A program made the position numbers and the translations under genes. DNA of 64,000 nt from Actinomycetota bacterium (GTDB taxonomy: Bacteria; Actinomycetota; Actinomycetes; S36-B12; UBA5976), in assembly GCA_046048135.1 (NCBI GenBank), contig JBJOGR010000009.1:18255-82254 (forward strand), given 5' to 3'. The notes beneath the pieces were generated by a model. The model did no database searches, was not told where the DNA came from, and saw only the letters and a program-made list of their open reading frames with translations. Positions 1 to 8,897 of this stretch are shown piece after piece. The first letter of the stretch is position 1, and each line of letters begins with the position of its first letter.

Positions 1-108
1 CTTGATTTGACTTATCAAAGACATCTTGAAAGAAAACTCCGAGAGCAGTATGGATTTAGTGGTTCTCCGATTCATATTAAAGTAAAAATTAGACAGAGAA
101 AAAGATGA
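1..108 (+). CDS. der: Ribosome biogenesis GTPase Der/EngA, 3' end (partial)
   Basis: Frame 1 reads LDLTYQRHLERKLREQYGFSGSPIHIKVKIRQRKR*, matching the Der C-terminal KH-like tail (YxRxxERxLRExFGFxGxPI). Not in the ORF track because it is truncated by the window edge. Confidence 0.85.
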   Translation, partial: LDLTYQRHLERKLREQYGFSGSPIHIKVKIRQRKR

Positions 109-656
109 TGATCTTAAATATTCCGAACTTACTAACCATGGTTCGAATTGCAGTAGCTCCATTTATTCTTTATTTAAATTATCAAAACCAATTAGTCATA
201 GTTTGTATTTTGATATTTTTTTCTTCATTTACTGATTGGCTTGATGGATATATAGCAAGAAGATTCAATCAATATACAAGACTTGGAGAACTTCTTGATC
301 CAATTTCAGATCGAATTTACATAGTGACGCTTCTTTACATTGTATTTTATTTAGACGCATTACACATAATCTTTATATTATTTATTATTTTCAGAGAATT
401 ACTCATGTCCTTAGTTATGTTGTATTTAAAAAATTTGGGTATAACCGGATTGCCAGTTCACTATCTAGGAAAAATGGGAGCATTTAACTTACTTATAGGA
501 ATTCCTGGACTTATTTTCGCAAAAGCCTTTCCAAACCAAGAATATATTTGGCTAACTATTGGATGGTCATTTTTACTTTGGGGAGTTTTTCTATATTTCT
601 TCTCCACAATAAAATATCTACAACAGGCTCAATCTATAATTAAAAATCATGGCTAA
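105..656 (+). CDS. CDP-alcohol phosphatidyltransferase (PgsA2-like)
   Basis: NIPNLLT start and DWLDGYIARRFNQYTRLGELLDPISD signature; hydrophobic; ATGA overlap with der. Confidence 0.9.
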   Translation: MMILNIPNLLTMVRIAVAPFILYLNYQNQLVIVCILIFFSSFTDWLDGYIARRFNQYTRLGELLDPISDRIYIVTLLYIVFYLDALHIIFILFIIFRELLMSLVMLYLKNLGITGLPVHYLGKMGAFNLLIGIPGLIFAKAFPNQEYIWLTIGWSFLLWGVFLYFFSTIKYLQQAQSIIKNHG

Positions 657-1479
657 AGATAGTTTTTTTGAGGTTGAAGATTCAAAATCTATGAATATTT
701 TGAATCTTTTAAATAAAGAGATTCAAACAAATGACTATAGCGATTTGCCAAAAGGGTTCAAAGTTACTAAAGATCCAAAATGGTGGATTTTTACAGTGCT
801 AATATTTTCAGGTATTTTTTTAGGAATAGCCATAGCAAATTTTCAGAGACAAGTTCCACTAATTGAGGAGAGTAAAAAAGATTTACGAATTTCGATTGAA
901 ACTAGAGTCAACAATTTAACTCTTTTAAGTCAAAAATTGTCAGAGATTAATGATGAAATAAATGATCAGAATATTCAATTATCGAACTTATCAAATCGAG
1001 GAATTGCTAATTTAAATGAATCGAATTTGCAAATAATCTCAGGAGTTAAGTCAGTATCTGGACCTGGGTACAAGATGATAATAAATGATGCACGAAATAC
1101 TGACTCACTAGATTTTCAAAAGGTTAATCTTGCAAGAGTTTTTGATACAGATTTACAACTTGTAACAAATGCTTTATGGTCAAGCGGTGCTCAAGCGATT
1201 TCAATCAATAACCAAAGAATCTCCACGACAACGGCAATTAGATCTGCTGGTGAAGCAATATTAATTAATTATCGTCCTCTATTGCCGCCATATGAGATCA
1301 CTTTTATCGGTAATGAAGAAGTTTCAAAAAAGCTTTCCGAAAATCCTGATTTCAAAGATTTTCAATACGTTGTTTCCACCTATGGCCTTGAATATAAGTT
1401 AACAAAATTGGACATAGTTGAAATATCAGCCATCGGAAATGAGCTTCCCGACATAGAAGGTATTAGAGTAGGAAACTGA
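649..1479 (+). CDS. DUF881 family membrane-anchored coiled-coil protein
   Basis: One TM helix, a coiled coil, then VSGPG...DLQLVTNALWSSGAQAISINNQRI; synteny with Rv1823. Confidence 0.85.
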   Translation: MAKDSFFEVEDSKSMNILNLLNKEIQTNDYSDLPKGFKVTKDPKWWIFTVLIFSGIFLGIAIANFQRQVPLIEESKKDLRISIETRVNNLTLLSQKLSEINDEINDQNIQLSNLSNRGIANLNESNLQIISGVKSVSGPGYKMIINDARNTDSLDFQKVNLARVFDTDLQLVTNALWSSGAQAISINNQRISTTTAIRSAGEAILINYRPLLPPYEITFIGNEEVSKKLSENPDFKDFQYVVSTYGLEYKLTKLDIVEISAIGNELPDIEGIRVGN

Positions 1480-1481
1480 AT

Positions 1482-1814
1482 ATGATTCCTGTTGTCGGTT
1501 TACTAATTGGTGTAATCGTTGGAATTGTTTTAGATCCAACTGTGCCGTTATGGTTACAACCTTATTTACCTATTGCGGTTATAGCAGCGTTAGATGCAGT
1601 ATTTGGAGCAATAAGAGCAAATCTTGAAAATAACTTTGATGATCGCATTTTCATTACCTCTTTTTTAAGTAATATTTCTATCGCAGCGATTATCGTTTTT
1701 CTAGGTGATCAATTGGGAGTTGGATCCCAGCTTTCCACAGGTGTTGTTGTTGTATTGGCGATGCGTATATTTGCTAACGCAGCTGCAATTCGTAGAAACC
1801 TATTCAATAGATAA
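1482..1814 (+). CDS. Small basic membrane protein Sbp (DUF1290)
   Basis: PYLPIAVIAALDAVFGAIRA...FITSFLSN...LGDQLGVG; lies between two DUF881 genes. Confidence 0.9.
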   Translation: MIPVVGLLIGVIVGIVLDPTVPLWLQPYLPIAVIAALDAVFGAIRANLENNFDDRIFITSFLSNISIAAIIVFLGDQLGVGSQLSTGVVVVLAMRIFANAAAIRRNLFNR

Positions 1815-2500
1815 TGGCAAAAAGAAAATTAAAGAAAAAAAATAATTCTCAAAAATACTATTTAGTTCTCATTATGATGTTTCTAGGATTACTCATAACT
1901 TGGTCTATTAGACAAAATGATGAACCGGAAGTCTTAACTTCAGCAAGAGAAGATGAATTGGTTTTAATACTTGATGATTTAGTTAAGCAAACAGATAGTT
2001 TGGAACAGGAATTAGTTAAACAGCAACAAGTTCTAGAATCATTACAAAACGGATCAAGCGATCAAGCACGAGAAGCAGCGCAACGAAGACTTGATCAATT
2101 AATCGTGTTATCTGGAAGTGCTCCGGTTAGTGGTCCTGGGTTACAAATTCGAATAACGGGGGACTTGTATTCAGTTAGTGCTTTTACTCTTTTAGATGCA
2201 ATTCAAGAATTAAGAGATGCTGGAGCGGTGGCTATTGAAATTAACGCAAATAGGGTCGTTAGCAATACCTATTTTCTTGATGCTCCAGATGGCATAAAAG
2301 TATCTCAAAAGACAATTCGCTCACCCTACATAATTAATGTGATTGGAGATCCTTCGACGTTAGAAACGGCTTTGAGAATTCCAGGTGGAATTGTTGAGAC
2401 TATTCAAACCTCTGATGGGACGGTTGTTATAAATAAGTCCACCACTGTAGATATAGACTCGATTGTCACTTTAGAAGTACCCGAATATGCTGTTTCCTAA
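1814..2500 (+). CDS. DUF881 family protein
   Basis: TM helix, coiled coil, VSGPG...LLDAIQELRDAGAVAIEIN...IGDPSTLETALRIPGG. Confidence 0.88.
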   Translation: MAKRKLKKKNNSQKYYLVLIMMFLGLLITWSIRQNDEPEVLTSAREDELVLILDDLVKQTDSLEQELVKQQQVLESLQNGSSDQAREAAQRRLDQLIVLSGSAPVSGPGLQIRITGDLYSVSAFTLLDAIQELRDAGAVAIEINANRVVSNTYFLDAPDGIKVSQKTIRSPYIINVIGDPSTLETALRIPGGIVETIQTSDGTVVINKSTTVDIDSIVTLEVPEYAVS

Positions 2501-2515
2501 ACACAGAGAGGTTAC

Positions 2516-2902
2516 ATGAATACTCCAAATGAGCTTAAGTACACAAAAGAACACGAATGGGTTCGTCAAGAATCTGATGGTTCAATAACGTTTGGCATCA
2601 CTGATTTTGCTCAATCTGCACTGGGTGATGTTGTATTTGCAAGTCTTCCAAAAGTTGGAGCAAAAGTTACAGCTGGTCAAACTTGTGGCGAAGTGGAATC
2701 AACAAAATCAGTAAGTGATATTTATTCTCCAGTATCTGGAACTGTTAAAGAAGTTAATTCAGTTTTGAACAATTCGCCAGAAACGATAAATTCAGATCCT
2801 TACGGAAATGGTTGGATGGTCAAAGTTAGCGATGTTGATCCTAATTCCATGCAGGATTTAATGGATGCAGCATCTTATTTAAAGATTACTGAAAACCAAT
2901 AA
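2516..2902 (+). CDS. gcvH: Glycine cleavage system H protein
   Basis: LKYTKEHEW, GITDFAQSALGDVV, lipoyl-lysine motif EVESTKSVSD, NSDPYGNGW. Confidence 0.97.
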   Translation: MNTPNELKYTKEHEWVRQESDGSITFGITDFAQSALGDVVFASLPKVGAKVTAGQTCGEVESTKSVSDIYSPVSGTVKEVNSVLNNSPETINSDPYGNGWMVKVSDVDPNSMQDLMDAASYLKITENQ

Positions 2903-2903
2903 T

Positions 2904-2944
2904 CTCAACCTGAGGTTGACCCTTAAGTAGTCTTCACCTAGATT
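2904..2944 (+). promoter_or_regulatory. sigmaA promoter for garA-ftsR with overlapping inverted repeat (putative FtsR operator)
   Basis: TTGACC(2916-2921)-17 bp-TAGATT(2939-2944); palindrome TCAACC-TGA-GGTTGA within 2904-2920 covers the -35; SD GGAGG at 2952-2956. Confidence 0.7.
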
Positions 2945-2963
2945 AAGAGGTGGAGGTAAATCG

Positions 2964-3362
2964 ATGAATATGGAAAACACTGGTGCTATCCCAGTTGTTT
3001 CTTTGGATACAAGTCCTCTCTCATCAATAGAAGATGGACATCTAAGCGGACTGGATTCAAATAGTGCTGCACTGCTAGTTCGATCTGGGACACAAAAAAA
3101 TCAAAGATTTATCATTTCAGGAAATAATGTCACTTTGGGTAGAAGTGATGATTCTAATATTGTTCTGGATGATGTCACAGTTTCTAGAAAACATGCGGTG
3201 ATATCCAAAGAAAATAATGCTTGGTTCATAAATGATGAAAATAGCTTGAATGGAATTTATGTAAATTTTATTAGAGTTGATAAAACAAAACTCACAGCTG
3301 GTGATGATATTCAAATAGGCAAATATCGATTTACTTTTCTTCTACCAGGACAAAAAATATAA
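2964..3362 (+). CDS. garA: FHA-domain protein GarA/OdhI-like
   Basis: FHA core GRSDDSNIVLDDVTVSRKHA...SLNGIYVN; position after gcvH as for Rv1827. Confidence 0.85.
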   Translation: MNMENTGAIPVVSLDTSPLSSIEDGHLSGLDSNSAALLVRSGTQKNQRFIISGNNVTLGRSDDSNIVLDDVTVSRKHAVISKENNAWFINDENSLNGIYVNFIRVDKTKLTAGDDIQIGKYRFTFLLPGQKI

Positions 3363-4082
3363 ATGTCAATTGCTAAAAAGTCAGATAATTTATTCACTAT
3401 AGGTGAAGTTTTGAATCAAGTAAGGGCTGAATTCAATGACATTTCGATATCAAAAATTAGATTTTTAGAAGCAGAAGGATTAATTATTCCAGCAAGAACT
3501 AAAAGTGGTTATAGAAAATTCTCTCAATCTGATGTAGCAAAACTTGAATATATTCTTCGAATGCAAAGAGATCACTATTTGCCCTTAAGAGTAATTAAAC
3601 AACACATTGAGGCCATGGATAGAGGTTTGCAAGTACCTACGGAAAACATAGAAAAACCCAAGGTTCCAAATAATGTACTAAATTTCAACGAAAGTTCAAA
3701 AAGTAAGTCAAATATTCGAGTCACAAGAGATGAGATAATTGCCAATACAGGAATAAGTGAAGCATTTCTAAAAGATGCACAAGATTTTGGTTTGATACAA
3801 GTACTAGCTGATAATAGACATTTTGATGAATATGCTTTAAGAACTGCCAGAGTGATTTCTGCTCTTTCTGAATATGGAATTGAACCTAGACATTTAAAAA
3901 TTCTCAAATCAGGAACTGACAGGGAAGTGTCTTTAATAAAACAAATTGTGTCACCTCTTGCAAGATCTAAACGACCTGACGCAAGTGAGCAAGCCCAAGA
4001 GATGATGAAGGAAATTGCAAATTTAACCAATCAATTGCATTCAATTTTGGTTCATCATGATTTAGAAAGTGAAATTATTTAA
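3363..4082 (+). CDS. ftsR: MerR-family regulator FtsR (Rv1828-like)
   Basis: IGEVL...ISISKIRFLEAEGLI.P.RT.SGYRKF...LRMQRDHYLPL; C-terminal GIEPRHL motif. Confidence 0.85.
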   Translation: MSIAKKSDNLFTIGEVLNQVRAEFNDISISKIRFLEAEGLIIPARTKSGYRKFSQSDVAKLEYILRMQRDHYLPLRVIKQHIEAMDRGLQVPTENIEKPKVPNNVLNFNESSKSKSNIRVTRDEIIANTGISEAFLKDAQDFGLIQVLADNRHFDEYALRTARVISALSEYGIEPRHLKILKSGTDREVSLIKQIVSPLARSKRPDASEQAQEMMKEIANLTNQLHSILVHHDLESEII

Positions 4083-4085
4083 AAG

Positions 4086-4562
4086 ATGGACCAAGAATTC
4101 ATAAAAGTCTCAGTTGTAGGGGTTCGAGTTGAAATGCCCTCAAATCAACCAATTATTTTGCTCCAGGATGAACCTGGGCAAAAATATTTACCTATTTGGA
4201 TAGGGGCAGTTGAGGCCACCTCTATAGCGTTTGCTCAGCAAGGTGTTGTCCCCGCTAGACCACTTACGCATGATTTGTTGCTGGACATAATTAAAAATTT
4301 GGGTCGAGCTATTAAAGAAGTTAAAATCACTTCATTAAAGGATGGAATTTTTTATTCAGAAATACTTTTTGATAACGGCTTAATAGTTTCTGCTAGACCT
4401 TCAGACTCAATTGCGCTAGCCCTTCGAGTGGAGGCTCCGATTCTTGTTGCGGTTGAAGTATTGAATTCGGCTGGAATTGAGATACCACTAGAAGAGCAGG
4501 ATGAACTTGATAAATTTAGGCAGTTTCTCGATGAGGTAAATCCAGATGACTTCAAATCGTGA
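4086..4562 (+). CDS. Bifunctional nuclease family protein (DUF151, Rv1829-like)
   Basis: LPIWIGAVEA, RPLTHDL and SARPSDSIALALR motifs. Confidence 0.92.
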   Translation: MDQEFIKVSVVGVRVEMPSNQPIILLQDEPGQKYLPIWIGAVEATSIAFAQQGVVPARPLTHDLLLDIIKNLGRAIKEVKITSLKDGIFYSEILFDNGLIVSARPSDSIALALRVEAPILVAVEVLNSAGIEIPLEEQDELDKFRQFLDEVNPDDFKS

Positions 4563-4570
4563 GGAAATCT

Positions 4571-4595
4571 AACCTTAAAGTTAAACTTGAGGGAA
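4571..4595 (+). promoter_or_regulatory. Putative FtsR operator upstream of the second MerR gene
   Basis: AACCTTAAAGTTAAACTTGAGGGAA, an imperfect inverted repeat with the same core geometry as the 2904-2920 site. Confidence 0.6.
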
Positions 4596-4675
4596 GCGGC
4601 GTGTTGAGGTCTAAATGTAATCAAACTGTTTACCTTTGGTTTACTCTTGTAACACACCAATAAGGAGTAGGGAAA

Positions 4676-5236
4676 ATGACTGAAAATGTCGCAAAACAGC
4701 AATCCCTATTTGAGCCAAGTGATTTAAAAAGAATTCCAGACGGAGTTGGATATCGGGGAACAATTGCCTGCTCTGCTGCAGGAATTAGTTACAGACAACT
4801 TGATTATTGGGCTAGAACTGGATTAATTGAGCCAACTATTAGACCTGCTCAAGGCTCTGGATCGCAAAGACTTTATTCATTTACTGATGTCTTAGTTTTA
4901 AAAGTTATCAAAAGATTACTTGATACAGGTGTTTCTCTGCAAAACATCAGAAATGCCGTGGATTTAATTAGAAGCCGCGGAGCAGACAATCTTTCGAATT
5001 TAACTTTGATCAGTGATGGGGCTTCTGTATATGAGTGTACTTCCGATGATGAGGTTATTGATTTAGTAAAAGGTGGCCAAGGAGTTTTTGGTATTGCTAT
5101 TGGCAGTGTGTGGAAAGAAGTTGAAGGAAGTTTGGCGCAATTTCCAGCAGAAACTGCTGAGGGCAATTTAGTGCTCAATGACAACTTGATGGACGAATTG
5201 GCTCAGAGAAGAGCATCCAAAAACGCAATTGCCTAA
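4676..5236 (+). CDS. MerR-family regulator, Rv1830/McdR-like
   Basis: GYRG..AC.AAGISYRQLDYWARTGL..P.IRPAQGSGSQRLYSF...DELAQRRA; SD AAGGAG upstream. Confidence 0.9.
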   Translation: MTENVAKQQSLFEPSDLKRIPDGVGYRGTIACSAAGISYRQLDYWARTGLIEPTIRPAQGSGSQRLYSFTDVLVLKVIKRLLDTGVSLQNIRNAVDLIRSRGADNLSNLTLISDGASVYECTSDDEVIDLVKGGQGVFGIAIGSVWKEVEGSLAQFPAETAEGNLVLNDNLMDELAQRRASKNAIA

Positions 5237-5300
5237 ATTTTACGTTTAAGTAGGATTAGATTAACGGATAGTTGTTTAGAGAATAGGTATCCTTTTACCC

Positions 5301-8135
5301 ATGTCCAATAACGAGTTCATTTTCCAGGACCGTCACATCGGTCCCAATAAAGCACAACAAGATTTGATGCTAAAAGAAATTGGAATGAATTCTCTTGATG
5401 AATTACTAGACAAAACTATTCCTGGTGCGATTCGTTTCCGAGATTCCTTAAATCTTCCTAAAGCTTTAAGCGAGGAATTGGCACAAAAAGAATTAAAAGA
5501 ATTAGCATTTGAAAATATAACTAACACAAGTTTGATTGGACTTGGTTATTACAATTGTTTAACTCCAGCTGTAATACGAAGAAATATCTTAGAAAATCCT
5601 TCTTGGTACACCGCATATACTCCTTACCAACCTGAAATTTCTCAAGGTCGTCTTGAAGCTCTAATTCTTTTTCAAACAATGATTGAAGATTTAACTGGTT
5701 TACCAGTAGCAAATGCATCTTTATTAGATGAGCCAACTGCAGCAGCTGAAGCTATGAGACTTGCGCAACGAAGTTCAAAAAATGATTCAAATATTTTTTT
5801 GGTCGATAAAGATACTCATCCACAAACTATTGAAGTAATTAGAAATCGTGCACTACCAATCGGAATTGAAGTTAAATTGATTGACATAGATGAAAAAAAT
5901 ATTATTGAGAATGCGTTCGGTGTATTGATTTCATATCCAACAAGCACTGGTTTAATTAGAGATTTAGAATCTTTTGGTAAAAAATGCAAAGAAAATGGAA
6001 TAGTTGTTATTGCCACAACTGATTTGCTTGCTTTAACTTTGATCAAGGAACCAACAAGTTTTGGAGCAGAAATTGCAGTAGGTAGTGCACAAAGATTTGG
6101 AGTGCCACTTGGTTTTGGTGGACCCCACGCAGGTTTTATGTCAGTGTCTGAAGAATTATCTCGGTCACTTCCTGGAAGATTAGTTGGTGTAAGTGTCGAC
6201 TCAACAGGTAGAGCTGCATATCGTTTAGCGCTTCAAACCAGAGAGCAACACATTAGAAGAGGTAAAGCAACTAGCAATATTTGCACTGCACAAGTTTTAC
6301 TTGCCGTAATCTCAGCAACTTATGCTGCATATCATGGTCCTAAAGGTTTAAAAGCAATTGCAGAAAGAGTTCATAATCAAGCGCTAAGCGTTGCAAAGAT
6401 GGCACAAGCATCAGGCAACAAAGTTATTCATACTAAATTTTTTGACACAGTTTTGATTCAAACTACTAATGCAGATGATTTATATAACAAATTCTTGAAC
6501 AACGGTATAAACATTAGAAAAATTAGCAGCACAGAAGTTTCAATTTCGATTGATGAAACTACAAATAGCGAAATTATGGCAAAGATTGCAAAAAGTTTTA
6601 ATACCCAATTATTAAATGAAGATAACAAGGATGAAAGTATTTCAAATCGAACCAGTAAATACCTAACCCACGTTCACTTTAATAGATATCACAATGAAAC
6701 TGCTTTGTTGAGATGGCTTAGATCTATGAGTGATAAAGATATTGCTTTAGATAGATCAATGATTCCACTTGGTTCTTGCACGATGAAATTAAATGCTGCA
6801 AGCGAGATGGAACCAATTACTTGGCCTCAATTAGCTGGTATTCATCCTTTTGCTCCAATTGAGCAATCAAAAGGTTGGCAAAAAATAATAAGTCAATTAC
6901 AAGATTGGCTGTGCGAAATAACAGGTTATGACGCAATCAGCTTGCAACCAAACGCTGGTTCACAAGGAGAATTTGCAGGACTTCTTGCAATTCGTGCATA
7001 CCAAGAAAACAGGGGACAAGGTCATAGAAATATTTGTTTAATTCCTTCCAGTGCACATGGAACAAATGCAGCAAGTGCAGTGATGGCTGGGATGCAAGTT
7101 GAGGTTGTCGAGTGCACCGATACAGGAGATGTAGATCTTCAAGATTTAGAAAATAAAATTAACGCCAATAGAGACAATCTTGCTGCAGTGATGGTTACCT
7201 ATCCATCAACTCATGGAGTATTTGAAGAAGGCATTACTAAATTATGCGAAATGGTTCATGATGCAGGTGGTCAAGTTTATGTTGATGGGGCAAACCTTAA
7301 TGCGCTTGTTGCAGTTGCTAAGCCTGGAAAATTTGGAGCAGATGTATCACACTTAAATCTTCACAAAACATTTTGTATTCCTCATGGCGGAGGAGGACCT
7401 GGTGTAGGACCTGTAGCGGTTAAATCTCATTTAGCACCATATTTACCAACACATCCTTTAAATGACATATGTGGTCCAAAAGAAAAAATTGTTGGTCCTA
7501 TAAGTGGAGCACCTTATGGTTCAGCAGGAATTCTGCCAATTTCTTGGATGTATATAAGAATGATGGGAGCTAAGGGTCTTTTTGATGCAACTTCAAGTGC
7601 AATTTTGTCTGCTAATTATTTAGCAAATAAATTATCTAAAGCATTTCCAATTCTTTACACAGGTAAAAATAACACCATTGCGCATGAATGCATCTTGGAT
7701 ATAAGAGAAATTACCAAAGAGACTGGTGTAACAGTCGATGATATTGCCAAGCGATTAATGGATTATGGCTTTCATGCTCCAACTATGTCTTTCCCAGTTG
7801 CTGGAACATTAATGATTGAACCAACAGAAAGTGAAGACCTAATTGAATTAGATCGATTTGTTGAAGCAATGCTTAATATCAAAGCTGAAATTGATGAAAT
7901 CGCAAATGGTGCATACAAAGTTGAAGATTCTGCATTGCGTCATGCACCACATACCGCAGAAGAATTAGCAGGTGAGTGGAATAGACAATATTCACGTGTA
8001 AAGGCTGTATTTCCTGTTTCAGGGCTTCGAGGCAAGAAATATTGGCCACCTGTTAACCGAATTGACGGTGCTTACGGTGATAGAAATCTAATTTGTTCTT
8101 GCCCTTCACCTAGAGAGTTTGCTAACGCTCAATAA
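5301..8135 (+). CDS. gcvP: Glycine dehydrogenase (decarboxylating), P protein
   Basis: WYTAYTPYQPEISQGRLE, LQTREQHIRR, PLP-lysine motif HLNLHKTFCIPHGGGGPG. Confidence 0.98.
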   Translation: MSNNEFIFQDRHIGPNKAQQDLMLKEIGMNSLDELLDKTIPGAIRFRDSLNLPKALSEELAQKELKELAFENITNTSLIGLGYYNCLTPAVIRRNILENPSWYTAYTPYQPEISQGRLEALILFQTMIEDLTGLPVANASLLDEPTAAAEAMRLAQRSSKNDSNIFLVDKDTHPQTIEVIRNRALPIGIEVKLIDIDEKNIIENAFGVLISYPTSTGLIRDLESFGKKCKENGIVVIATTDLLALTLIKEPTSFGAEIAVGSAQRFGVPLGFGGPHAGFMSVSEELSRSLPGRLVGVSVDSTGRAAYRLALQTREQHIRRGKATSNICTAQVLLAVISATYAAYHGPKGLKAIAERVHNQALSVAKMAQASGNKVIHTKFFDTVLIQTTNADDLYNKFLNNGINIRKISSTEVSISIDETTNSEIMAKIAKSFNTQLLNEDNKDESISNRTSKYLTHVHFNRYHNETALLRWLRSMSDKDIALDRSMIPLGSCTMKLNAASEMEPITWPQLAGIHPFAPIEQSKGWQKIISQLQDWLCEITGYDAISLQPNAGSQGEFAGLLAIRAYQENRGQGHRNICLIPSSAHGTNAASAVMAGMQVEVVECTDTGDVDLQDLENKINANRDNLAAVMVTYPSTHGVFEEGITKLCEMVHDAGGQVYVDGANLNALVAVAKPGKFGADVSHLNLHKTFCIPHGGGGPGVGPVAVKSHLAPYLPTHPLNDICGPKEKIVGPISGAPYGSAGILPISWMYIRMMGAKGLFDATSSAILSANYLANKLSKAFPILYTGKNNTIAHECILDIREITKETGVTVDDIAKRLMDYGFHAPTMSFPVAGTLMIEPTESEDLIELDRFVEAMLNIKAEIDEIANGAYKVEDSALRHAPHTAEELAGEWNRQYSRVKAVFPVSGLRGKKYWPPVNRIDGAYGDRNLICSCPSPREFANAQ

Positions 8136-8180
8136 GTGGTCTAAGTAGCTATAAAATTAATCTACTTTACATAACATTCA

Positions 8181-8897
8181 TTATCGGTCTTTTATACGTA
8201 AGAATCTTTGAACGCCCCACAAACCTATACGCAGAAAAGCCTCAATCACGATATTTTTACTCATTTTTGAGCTACCTATAGTTCTTTCAGTAAAAGTAAT
8301 GGGAACTTCAGAGACCGTTAAATTCTTTTCTAAAAGTCTACGAACCATATCAACTTGAAAACAGTAACCTTGGGAATCAATTTCTTTAAGATCAATTTGT
8401 TTCAATGATGAGCTTTTATAAGCCCTAAATCCACCAGTTGAATCTCCTATTTTGAAACCCAACATTATTCGAGCATAAATATTTCCACCTTGTGACAATA
8501 TTTGCCTACTTTTTGGCCAGTTAATTACTTTTCCACCTGGAATCCATCTAGATCCCAGCACACAATCAAAATCTTTAATTTTTTCTAATATTTGATGCAA
8601 ATCTCTAGGATCATGTGAGCCATCAGCATCCATTTCAACTAAAACATCGAATTCGTCCATCGATTTAAGGAAGCCCTCGATATATGCTGCACCCAGTCCA
8701 TTTTTATTCGAACGATGGAAAACATCAAGATTTTCATATTGATTTTTTAATTGTTCTGCTAGTCGACCTGTTCCATCAGGAGAATTATCATCTATAACCA
8801 AAACATGATATTCACTATTTTCTTGAAATATTCTGTGCAAAATAGATGGCAAGGTGTGTAATTCGTTATAAGTTGGTACAAGGATTCGTATTTTCAT
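8181..8897 (-). CDS. ppm1: Polyprenol monophosphomannose synthase (GT2)
   Basis: VPTYNE, DDNSPDGTG, MDADGSH and D.TGGFR motifs; directly downstream of lnt. Confidence 0.92.
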   Translation of the reverse strand: MKIRILVPTYNELHTLPSILHRIFQENSEYHVLVIDDNSPDGTGRLAEQLKNQYENLDVFHRSNKNGLGAAYIEGFLKSMDEFDVLVEMDADGSHDPRDLHQILEKIKDFDCVLGSRWIPGGKVINWPKSRQILSQGGNIYARIMLGFKIGDSTGGFRAYKSSSLKQIDLKEIDSQGYCFQVDMVRRLLEKNLTVSEVPITFTERTIGSSKMSKNIVIEAFLRIGLWGVQRFLRIKDR

